From: Candidatus Methylomirabilis limnetica
GTDB lineage: Bacteria; Methylomirabilota; Methylomirabilia; Methylomirabilales; Methylomirabilaceae
Direction of reading: 5' to 3'
NCBI RefSeq assembly: GCF_003044035.1
Contig: NZ_NVQC01000028.1
Location: 60,001-92,000, forward strand
DNA: 32,000 nucleotides
The notes below the pieces were generated by a model. It saw only the letters and a program-made list of their open reading frames with translations. It did no database searches and was not told where the DNA came from. Numbering within the stretch: position 1 is the stretch's first letter; each line of letters begins with the position of its first letter. The translations under genes and the position numbers were made by a program. Below are positions 25,054 through 32,000 of the stretch, piece after piece.

Positions 25054-26673
25054 TTACTTCCCTTCAGACGAGGTCTCGCACCCACCTACATAGCCTCGCT
25101 CAGCCAGGTGCCTTTCGATATCCTCTTTCGCAAAGCCGATTCGTCGAGCGACTTTATCGGCATGGCTCACTCGTGAGATCCCCTCGATCAACCGATGGGT
25201 TGGGGAGCCATGGATAAATTCTGCCTGGCGATACGATCCAACATCTCTTTGTTGAAACTGCTCCGCCAACTCGTGATTGTGGGTAACCAGGATCGTATTA
25301 TTGCCGACTTGGTAAAATCCACCGAGGATGGTGCGGGAGATTTCCAGCTTCTCTTGATAGGTGGTTCCTTCCGCCAGTTCATCCAGAACGACCAGGCTTC
25401 TGGGCGACGATGCGAAAAAGATGGCTTTCGTGCGTTGTAACTCCGTCCCGAATCTCCCCTCCCGATCAGCCAGCGAGTTGCTTTCCGGAACCTGATAGAA
25501 GATCCGATCAGCCACCGAGACCTGCGCCTGTTCGGCAGGCACATAGCAACCGATCTGCGCCAACAGTTGCACCTGGGCAATGGTTTTACAGCAAGCGGTC
25601 TTCCCGCCTCCGTTTGGGCCGGTAATAAACGTCAATCGAGCCCCGTTCAGGTTGATATCGTTGGGTACGTAATCGACATTCCCTTTTCCCAGGATAGGGT
25701 TTCTGACCGTTTTCAAGACCATCGCGTGCTGATCTGATTCGATGAGCGTCGGTAAAACGGTAGAACTCCCGAAGGCCTTGGCATAGCGGTGAAAGGACAG
25801 CAGCTCATCGATCTGCCCCAAAGCCTCTAATGCCTGCTGCACATCGCGTGAGTCTCTATACCCATCCCGCAAGGGATAGATGATACTGTCCCGGTCAAAA
25901 CCTCCGATGAGAGGTCCATACAGCAGGAGTGAGGGGAGTAAGACAACCATCAAGACGGGCATCGCGTGTCGGGAGACCCCAAGAGCTGGGGCGTAATGTA
26001 GCAGGAGACCCATGGCAATCAAGAGCGTGATAATCAATCGTGGCTTGAAGAGGGTTGGTCTGAATTTGATGGCAGGGGCCAGTAACCACTTTTCAGCCTT
26101 CGTCCTGATTGCCCTTTCCGTCAGGTAGACAGGCCCTTTCATCAAGGCATGCGATCGCGTGGAACCAAACGCCTTGAGAGCTTCGAGACGCGCTCGAAGA
26201 TAGGGGCTTTCGGGTGTGGGCAGGCCTTGGGCGCCCTTGACGAGATCGAGCATGAGCTTCGTCCCTTGCCGGTACGTTGCATGCCCAAAGCTCCCTGTCT
26301 CCATTTTGCCCAGGGGATTCCCGAAGGTGCCGACAAAGGTCCCAAACAGCAGTCGGTAAAATTCCTCCTCATATTTTGCGGCATGCTGCACCAACCCCTC
26401 GACTTGTATCCTCAGATCAGCCTTCGAGTCCAGCTCTTTGAGCGCGTCCTGCTTGGCCGTGATGGCCTCGACCGAATTCAACGGGTGGGCTAATGAGCGG
26501 TAAAGCGTTGCTTGCCCGACAACGGTACTGGCGCAATTGACAGCATCAAAGAGTCGATCGACTTCTATAGTGTTGAACGTGCTCTCATCGAGCACGCCTT
26601 CTCCAGTTTTCGCCGCCCTGGCCGAACGAACCGATAGATCCTTGCCGATGGCTGTCAGAAGAGGTTCATGCAT
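25054..26673 (-). CDS. MutS-related ATPase with internal transmembrane segments (no mismatch-binding or Smr domain)
   Basis: MutS domain V motifs: Walker A FITGPNGGGKT, Walker B LVVLDELAEGT, and VTHNHEL. Core-like N-region GQATLYRSLAHPL. Two hydrophobic helices: LIITLLIAMGLLLHYAPALG and VLMVVLLPSLLLYGPLIGG. ATG 26673 lies after GGGAG. Confidence 0.8.
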   Translation of the reverse strand: MHEPLLTAIGKDLSVRSARAAKTGEGVLDESTFNTIEVDRLFDAVNCASTVVGQATLYRSLAHPLNSVEAITAKQDALKELDSKADLRIQVEGLVQHAAKYEEEFYRLLFGTFVGTFGNPLGKMETGSFGHATYRQGTKLMLDLVKGAQGLPTPESPYLRARLEALKAFGSTRSHALMKGPVYLTERAIRTKAEKWLLAPAIKFRPTLFKPRLIITLLIAMGLLLHYAPALGVSRHAMPVLMVVLLPSLLLYGPLIGGFDRDSIIYPLRDGYRDSRDVQQALEALGQIDELLSFHRYAKAFGSSTVLPTLIESDQHAMVLKTVRNPILGKGNVDYVPNDINLNGARLTFITGPNGGGKTACCKTIAQVQLLAQIGCYVPAEQAQVSVADRIFYQVPESNSLADREGRFGTELQRTKAIFFASSPRSLVVLDELAEGTTYQEKLEISRTILGGFYQVGNNTILVTHNHELAEQFQQRDVGSYRQAEFIHGSPTHRLIEGISRVSHADKVARRIGFAKEDIERHLAERGYVGGCETSSEGK

Positions 26674-26698
26674 CCACACACTCCCATCGCGCCAGTGA

Positions 26699-27559
26699 CT
26701 AGGCAAACACCACGGTTTTGTTGCCGTACACCAGCACCTTGTCCTCCAAGTGCCAGGTGACGGCCCGCGCCAGCACCATCCGCTCCACGTGGCGGCCGAT
26801 CCGCTTCAGGTCCTCCACGTTGTTGCGGTGATCTACCCGCTCCACATCCTGCTCGATGATCGGCCCGGCATCCAGCGTTTCGGTAGCGTAATGCGCCGTG
26901 GCGCCAATCAATTTGACCCCACGAGAGTACGCCTGTGCATAGGGATCCGCCCCGACAAAGGCCGGCAAAAAGCTGTGGTGGATGTTGATAATCCGGTTGG
27001 GAAAGCGTCGGATAAAAGATGGCGAGAGGATTCGCATATACCGGGCCATGACAATCAAGTCAACCTTGCCTTCGACCAGTTGAAGCTGTGCGGCCTCGGC
27101 TTGATCTTGTCTCTCCCGCGTAACCGCGATGTGGTGAAAGGGAATGCCGTAGGCCTCTACAAGTCCGCGCAGGTCGGTGTGATTGCTCACCACCATGGCG
27201 ATGTCAGCGACCATTTCTTTAGCCCTCCACCGCCAGAGCAACTCCAGCAGGCAGTGGTCCTCCTTCGACGCAAAGATGGCCATGGGCTTGAGGCGGGCAG
27301 CGTACGCCAACTTCCAATCCATCTGGAACCGGCTGGCGATCGGCTCGAGGGCTCTCGTGAGTGAAGCGCCACGGCTGTCCAACTCCGGGAGGTCGAACTC
27401 GATCCGCATGAAGAAGACGCCCCCTGCCGGGTCGGTGGTATGCTGGTCCGAGTGCACAATATTGGCGCCCTGTTCACACAAGCACTGCGAGACGGCCGCA
27501 ACGATGCCTGGACGGTCAGGACACGAGATAAGCAGGCGGGCACGAGCGCTCGACGTCAT
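26699..27559 (-). CDS. purU: Formyltetrahydrofolate deformylase
   Basis: N-terminal ACT domain ([16 protein letters not shown]) plus formyltransferase motifs [12 protein letters not shown] and [20 protein letters not shown] 27559 lies after GGAGGAG. The ORF-track start at 27655 is unlikely. Confidence 0.9.
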   Translation of the reverse strand: MTSSARARLLISCPDRPGIVAAVSQCLCEQGANIVHSDQHTTDPAGGVFFMRIEFDLPELDSRGASLTRALEPIASRFQMDWKLAYAARLKPMAIFASKEDHCLLELLWRWRAKEMVADIAMVVSNHTDLRGLVEAYGIPFHHIAVTRERQDQAEAAQLQLVEGKVDLIVMARYMRILSPSFIRRFPNRIINIHHSFLPAFVGADPYAQAYSRGVKLIGATAHYATETLDAGPIIEQDVERVDHRNNVEDLKRIGRHVERMVLARAVTWHLEDKVLVYGNKTVVFA

Positions 27560-27685
27560 AAGCTCTCCTCCATTCAGAACCGCAACAGAAGAAGCGTCGT
27601 CCAATGCGAGAATAGAAGGTTCTTCCGGCATTAGCGTGGGTACGAGGGGGATCAATATCCCTTCCGGGGAAGAGGGTAGCTGTGT

Positions 27686-27709
27686 CCCTCCCCCTCAGTG
27701 GGGGGAGGG
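27686..27709. repeat. GC-rich hairpin CCCTCCCCC-TCAGTG-GGGGGAGGG
   Basis: 9-bp perfect stem with a 6-nt loop in the spacer upstream of purU and downstream of the nfnB-like gene. No T-tract on either strand. Confidence 0.6.
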
Positions 27710-27774
27710 GATGCTGGAAGGCCCGGGTACCCACGGAACACCCGGAAGAACCGAATAGAATAGGGAGTCCGGGG

Positions 27775-27831
27775 ATGGCCTATACGCGTGAATTGAAACG
27801 AGAAGCGGTCGAACGCGTCGGGGGCGAGTAA
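27775..27831 (+). pseudogene. Possible 18-codon remnant of an IS3-family OrfA N-terminus
   Basis: MAYTRELKREAVERVGGE* fits the Y(T/S)xE(F/L)KxEAVxxV start of IS3 OrfA proteins and then ends at a stop. Very short, so weak. Confidence 0.3.
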
Positions 27832-27916
27832 TGGCAGGCGCTCATTGCGCACCACGTAGACACCTATCCCGCGAGTCGGTCCACGCCGGGGGATGTCTGT
27901 CGATTAGAAGCGGAGT

Positions 27917-29419
27917 CTATCGCTTCCCCTTGGCAAAGCGCCCTTCCCACTGCACGCCAGGGGCGTTGGGATCAGTAGAAATGTTGAGCTCGTAGTTGAA
28001 CTGACCCATAAGGTATTCATGGACGTACCCGGCAGCCTGCTTTGCCTGCCCCATGGCCAGGATGACCGTGGAGCCGCCGGTAACGACGTCGCCACCCGCG
28101 AAGACCCCCTTTTTGCTCGTGTGGTAGGTCGTGTGGTCCACCATGACGACACCCCACTTGTTGACCCGAAGCCCTGGCGTCATGCTGGGGATGACCGGGT
28201 TCACCTCGCACCCTAATGAGAAGACTACCGTATCCACCTCATCGATGAAGTACTCGCCGGTTGGGAGGGGCTTTCTTCTGCCGGACTCATCCGGTTCGGA
28301 CAGCCTCATCACCTCGCACTTGATGGCTTTGACGAAGTAGCGCTCGTCGCCGATGAACTCCACAGGGCTGGAGAGCCACTTGAAGTCGATGAACTCCTGC
28401 TCGGCATGCTCCAACTCCTCCGTCCTGGCCGGGGCCTCCTCATGGGAGCGGCGGTAGTAGCAGGTAACATCCGCCCCAAGTCTCTTCCCGGTGCGGAGCA
28501 CATCCATGGCGGTGTTGCCCGCACCGATGACCGCCATCTTCTTACCCTGGTAGAGGGGCGTGGAAGCGCGTGGAAACTCGTTGGCGTTCATCAGGTAGAT
28601 TCGGGTGAGGTACTCGTTGGCGGAATAGACACCATTCAGGTTTTCGCCGGGGATGCCCAGCATCTTTGGCAAGCCTGCGCCGGTGCCGATGAACACCGCA
28701 TCGAACCCTTCCTTTTCCAGAAGGTCCTCGATGGTGAGGATCTTACCGATCACCATGTTATAGACGAACTCCACTCCCATATCTTCAAGCAGCTTGAGAT
28801 CTTCGTCGATGACCTCCAGTGGCAGGCGGAACCGGGGGATACCGTATACCATCACACCCCCGCCCCGATGGAATGCCTCGAACACCGTGATCTCGTGACC
28901 GCGGGTGCGAAGCTCGTAGGCGCAGGTAAGCCCCGCTGGACCGGCGCCGATGATAGCCACTCGCTTGCCGGTGGGAGGTGGGATGACCGGAGTACGGTCC
29001 AGCTTGTGCTCCCGCTCGTAGTCCGCCACATACCGCTCCAGGTTGCCGATACCCACCGGGTCATTCTTCTTGCCTACGATACACACCGCTTCGCACTGCT
29101 TGTCCTGGGGACACACCCGCCCACATGCGGCGGGGAGGAAGTTGGTCTCCCGAATCTTTCCAGCCGCGCCAGCGATATCCCCCGCTTCAACCAGTTTGAT
29201 GAAGGCAGGGATGTCAATGCCCACTGGGCACGCGGGTACGCATTCCGGCTTCTTGCACTGAATGCATCGTATAGCCTCGTCCATGGCCTGCTCTCGTGAG
29301 TAGCCGATGGGCACCTCCGTCCAACTGAGAATGCGCAACTCTGCCGGATGCAAGGGCATAAGATTGCGAGGCTTCTTTATCCGCTCCTTTGAACTTAATC
29401 CCTTAGTTGCTTCTGCCAT
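27917..29419 (-). CDS. GltD/NfnB/SudA-family NAD(P)H-dependent iron-sulfur flavoprotein (large subunit)
   Basis: Two N-terminal Cys clusters (CIQCKKPECVPACP, CGRVCPQDKQCEAVC) and two dinucleotide folds (VAIIGAGPAGL, MAVIGAGNTAMD). Confidence 0.88.
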   Translation of the reverse strand: MAEATKGLSSKERIKKPRNLMPLHPAELRILSWTEVPIGYSREQAMDEAIRCIQCKKPECVPACPVGIDIPAFIKLVEAGDIAGAAGKIRETNFLPAACGRVCPQDKQCEAVCIVGKKNDPVGIGNLERYVADYEREHKLDRTPVIPPPTGKRVAIIGAGPAGLTCAYELRTRGHEITVFEAFHRGGGVMVYGIPRFRLPLEVIDEDLKLLEDMGVEFVYNMVIGKILTIEDLLEKEGFDAVFIGTGAGLPKMLGIPGENLNGVYSANEYLTRIYLMNANEFPRASTPLYQGKKMAVIGAGNTAMDVLRTGKRLGADVTCYYRRSHEEAPARTEELEHAEQEFIDFKWLSSPVEFIGDERYFVKAIKCEVMRLSEPDESGRRKPLPTGEYFIDEVDTVVFSLGCEVNPVIPSMTPGLRVNKWGVVMVDHTTYHTSKKGVFAGGDVVTGGSTVILAMGQAKQAAGYVHEYLMGQFNYELNISTDPNAPGVQWEGRFAKGKR

Positions 29420-29434
29420 ATTCGCGCCTCTCCC

Positions 29435-31081
29435 TTATCGCTGCATCGCCTCGAAGGCGATCTTTTCTTGTGCCACGAACATCTGCTGACGCTTCACCAG
29501 CTCGCCAAAGTCCACCTGGTACGCGTTAAAATCCGGCCCGTGATAGCAGGCGAACCTGGTTTTGCCGCCCACCGTCACCCGGCAGGCACCGCACATGCCG
29601 GTGCCGTCCACCATGATGGCGTTCAGCGAGACCCATGCTTCTATTCCCTTCCCCTCCGTCACCTTGGCGACGGCCATCATCATCGGCACGGGGCCGACCG
29701 CCAAAACCATGGACACCTTCTCCCTCTCCATGATCTTCTCCAGCGCATGGGTGACGAAGCCTTGAATACCAACCGACCCGTCATTGGTGGTGACGAATAC
29801 CTCGTCGCACACCGCCTTAAGTTCGTCCACCAGTATCAGCAGGTCCTTCGTGCGGGCGCCCACTATGCCGTAGACCTTATTGCCGAGCTGCCTCAAATCC
29901 CGTGCCGTGGGAATGACGGCGCCCGTACCGTAGCCGCCGCCGAGCACCACGCAGGCCCCCTCATATTTGGCAACATGGGAGCGCTGGCCCAGCGGCCCGA
30001 CGACGTCCTGGATACTGTCGCCTACGTTTTTCATCGTGGCCTCGGTGGATGTCCTGCCGGCAGCCATAATGACGAGTTCGAGATACCCCTTTTCCCTGTC
30101 CCATCCGGCGATGGAGAGGGGGATGCGCTCACTGTCAAGGTTGGGACGGATGATGATGAACTGCCCGGCCTGTATCTTTTTCGCGAGAAGCGGCGCGTTC
30201 ACCTTAAAGTAGTAGGTGTTGGCGCACAGTTCTCGCTTTTCAAGTATCGTAAAATCCTGGTGGTACCTGCCCCTGGATGGGTTCTCGCTCTCTTTAGAGC
30301 TGCCATGGCAGTAGTGCAGTTGATGTTCAGCCTCACTGCGAACGATAAAGGCATCGTCCCAGTCGAAGTGATCCATTCCGAGGATGGCACGAAGAGCATT
30401 GTGGCTTTTCTCCACCTGCCCCGACGTGAAATAGGAGTGGCGAACGCCTTTCCCTATGGCGCGCACGGCATGCCTGCGAACAAGGGCCGACGGATCTGAA
30501 AGGCCGACGAACAGCTTATCGAACAGCGTCGACCGGTCCGCGTCACTGATCGTTTCGGGGGCAATGCGGTTGAAAATCCGCCCCATACAGTAAAAGGCGG
30601 CGGACTTCACCTGCTTATTGGCAGACCCTGCGCACCTCAAGGCCTCAGGCAGGACCCTGGCAATGGCCGGATCGGTGAAATGTCCCGCCGCCAACAGGAG
30701 GTTGATCTGAGAATAGTCGTCGCCCTTGCTCGTGTCGAACCGGGAAAGAAGCAGATCTACGGCAGGTGCGCCGATGCGCCCTAAGGCGCCGGCGAAATGC
30801 TCCGCCGATTCCGCATCAGCCTCAACAAGTTGCTCAATAGTCCATCCAGCCACCTCTACGCCAAGGGAGGCCAGGATCAACTCGCTCTGATCAATGAGTT
30901 GAGAAAGTTCCTCATCGCCGGAGGGGTCCCGGTAAAAGGTAGTGGAGATCGCTGCTGCCAACTCCTGCTTTTCCTCGTAAGAGAGGTCGGAAAGCGTAGA
31001 GACCTCCGCCAGGGCGGCCTTCAACTGGTCAGTGTTCTGGGACGAGATGTTCGCTGTAATGCTGTTGATTCTATTTGTCAT
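29435..31081 (-). CDS. NfnA/SudB/PyrK-like FAD/[2Fe-2S] subunit with a ~270-aa HEAT-like N-terminal extension
   Basis: The C-terminal ~275 aa has an FNR-like fold with GGGYGTGAV and the DGTGMCGACRV...FACYHGPDF cluster. The N-terminal part contains HEAT_PBS-like helices (LSDPSALVRRHAVRAIGK, SANKQVKSAAFYCMGRI). ATG 31081 lies after GGAGGAAG. GTG 31111 is the alternative start. Confidence 0.8.
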   Translation of the reverse strand: MTNRINSITANISSQNTDQLKAALAEVSTLSDLSYEEKQELAAAISTTFYRDPSGDEELSQLIDQSELILASLGVEVAGWTIEQLVEADAESAEHFAGALGRIGAPAVDLLLSRFDTSKGDDYSQINLLLAAGHFTDPAIARVLPEALRCAGSANKQVKSAAFYCMGRIFNRIAPETISDADRSTLFDKLFVGLSDPSALVRRHAVRAIGKGVRHSYFTSGQVEKSHNALRAILGMDHFDWDDAFIVRSEAEHQLHYCHGSSKESENPSRGRYHQDFTILEKRELCANTYYFKVNAPLLAKKIQAGQFIIIRPNLDSERIPLSIAGWDREKGYLELVIMAAGRTSTEATMKNVGDSIQDVVGPLGQRSHVAKYEGACVVLGGGYGTGAVIPTARDLRQLGNKVYGIVGARTKDLLILVDELKAVCDEVFVTTNDGSVGIQGFVTHALEKIMEREKVSMVLAVGPVPMMMAVAKVTEGKGIEAWVSLNAIMVDGTGMCGACRVTVGGKTRFACYHGPDFNAYQVDFGELVKRQQMFVAQEKIAFEAMQR

Positions 31082-31153
31082 CGCGACAAGCTTCCTCCAA
31101 AGATCCTTCACCTCTTACACTTTTACTATGCTTTGGGCAAGAATTCCCCACTG

Positions 31154-31182
31154 ATGATACACGAAAGTTTACCTGTTCACAA
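31154..31182 (-). promoter_or_regulatory. Candidate promoter (TTGTGA-17 nt-TATCAT) for the nfnA/B-like operon
   Basis: Minus-strand read: TTGTGA (31177-31182), 17-nt spacer, TATCAT (31154-31159). Confidence 0.35.
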
Positions 31183-31275
31183 CCAAATCTGCAATCCCAA
31201 GGTAACCATTCAGTTACGGGTGGAAAATCTCCCCCCGGCTTAACACATGCCGGGGCAGGCCCGCATGGGCAGGCT

Positions 31276-31427
31276 CTAACCCTCTTTTCCAAAGAGGGGG
31301 ACTAACCGTTTCCCCCTTTGAAAAAGGGGGCGGGGGTTTATCTTGAATGGAGGACACCATGATGCGCCGGAGGGCGGAGGGAGAAACCCCCTTCGATCCC
31401 CCTTTGCCAAAGGGGGAGATCGGAAGA
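31276..31427. repeat. Cluster of three palindromic CCCYCTTT-N-AAAGRGGG elements
   Basis: CCCTCTTTCCAAAGAGGG (about 31280-31297), CCCCCTTTGAAAAAGGGGG (31312-31330) and CTTCGATCCCCCTTTGCCAAAGGGGGAGATCGGAAG (31391-31427). The spurious ORF 31214..31573 reads them as PFGKGG / PPFSKGE / PPLWKRG. Confidence 0.75.
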
Positions 31428-31471
31428 ACCAATTTTCTCTTGTGACTTACTCGATAATTTGGCCAATTTTT

Positions 31472-31641
31472 AATCGTAATGTGGCCACGACGGAATCGTA
31501 ATCTGTTGATTTTAAATCGCACGCATTTCTCCACCTCGGCGCTGTTTACAGCATATGTTGGCCGAAAGTGCATTTTATAACCATAACGTTGCCAAAAGTG
31601 CAGTGTTGCGTATTCCGATCAAAGTTGCCACCCATTCCGAT
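31472..31641 (+). repeat. Phased short direct repeats: AATCGTAAT x2 (22-bp period), GTTGSC(N)AAAGTGCA x2 (30-bp period), ATTCCGAT x2 (22-bp period)
   Basis: AATCGTAAT at 31472 and 31494. GTTGGCCGAAAGTGCA at 31557 and GTTGCCAAAAGTGCA at 31588. ATTCCGAT at 31612 and 31634. GTTGCC occurs again at 31624. Confidence 0.6.
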
Positions 31642-31679
31642 TGAACTCGGCCAGGCGTTTCGATACTCGTGTAGGTTAG

Positions 31680-32000
31680 CGTGGACATAATGTCCTGAAG
31701 GTTCAGGAAACTCCAAGACGAGTTGGGCAAAGGGTAGCGAACCGCAAACTCTTCGGGCCGTATTGTCGCAAACGTCCTTCGGAAATGCCGCGCTTGCGCA
31801 CCTAGCTCACCACTACTAATCCACCCTCCGGGGAGTCCACATTACGGGGGTGGAATCTTTTAAAGAGTTTAGCGGCAGGGAGAAATGCGGGAAGGTCTTG
31901 GTGTGCGAGTCGTTTATGGTAGCCTGCGAACGACTCCGGCGATAGCGGCTGGGGTGACGGATCGTGTGGGGAGTTTAGAGGATTTTGTGGATGGGAAGTC
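31680..32000 (+). pseudogene. Degraded transposase 3' region (frame-shifted, runs off the window)
   Basis: Frame A gives ...QRVANRKLFGPYCRKRSFGNAALAHLAHHY*. Frame B gives ...VRVVYGSLRTTPAIAAGVTDRVWSLEDFVDGK. The TPAMAAG(V/L)TD.VWS..E motif is, from memory, a common C-terminal motif of IS-encoded transposases. An ~85-nt hairpin-containing insert separates the two frames. Confidence 0.3.

Noticed and set aside
24702-25217. 171-aa plus-strand ORF.
   Set aside because: It spans MITE copy B and runs antisense into the MutS-like gene. There is no coding signature, and the equivalent frame is not open in copy A.
27560-27916. Possible riboswitch upstream of purU (ZTP/pfl) and, similarly, a T-box leader upstream of ileS (3992-4081).
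   Set aside because: I could not find the conserved ZTP pseudoknot strings (CCGCCUGGG-type) or a T-box/specifier architecture. The ileS leader is fully accounted for by the heptamer hairpin.
31214-31573. 119-aa minus-strand ORF upstream of the nfnA-like gene.
   Set aside because: It reads straight through three palindromic repeats (giving PFGKGG / PPFSKGE / PPLWKRG) and AT-rich repeat DNA. This is a repeat artefact, not a gene.
31557-31602. TGGCC-N-TGCA strings that look like sigma54 -24/-12 elements.
   Set aside because: The GG-to-GC spacing is 10 nt rather than the required 12. The similarity comes from the direct repeat motif.

Overview
GC-rich bacterial chromosomal window (roughly 57-62% GC in coding lines I counted by hand), mostly housekeeping genes with many small repeats and mobile-element remnants between them. 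All family calls come from motifs read in the supplied translations; no database search was possible.

Gene order:
- Plus strand, left end: mreC (5' truncated), mreD, mrdA (PBP2), rodA, then ileS-lspA-rluD.
- 8583-10074: a ~1.5 kb gene-poor, AT-richer stretch. It holds two tandem ~30-aa hydrophobic ORFs, each with its own Shine-Dalgarno, behind a near-consensus promoter.
- Universal stress protein, Smr-domain protein, class I glutamine amidotransferase, GlcG-like protein, CorA, a nitronate-monooxygenase-family flavoprotein.
- A Y1/HUH REP-associated (RAYT-like) transposase flanked by inverted hairpins.
- thiI, a mono-haem cytochrome c, ilvE.
- Minus-strand nucleotide-sugar block: UDP-glucuronate decarboxylase, then manC, a cupin isomerase, rfbB, an rfbC-like gene and long-form rfbA. 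The manC-to-rfbA part is bracketed by two diverged copies of a ~180-bp MITE-like element, with gmd and ugd fragments abutting one copy.
- A membrane-anchored MutS-like ATPase, purU, and an NfnAB/SudAB-like pair whose small subunit carries a ~270-aa HEAT-like N-terminal extension.
- Right end: palindromic repeats, phased direct repeats and transposase debris.

Most unusual points:
1. At least nine loci of strictly heptanucleotide-periodic degenerate tandem repeats. Several are arranged as inverted arms at gene boundaries, and some are read through as coding sequence.
2. The tandem mini-ORF pair, a candidate type I toxin or small membrane peptide locus.
3. The MITE-bracketed sugar cassette with rearrangement scars.

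No rRNA, tRNA or CRISPR array was found.
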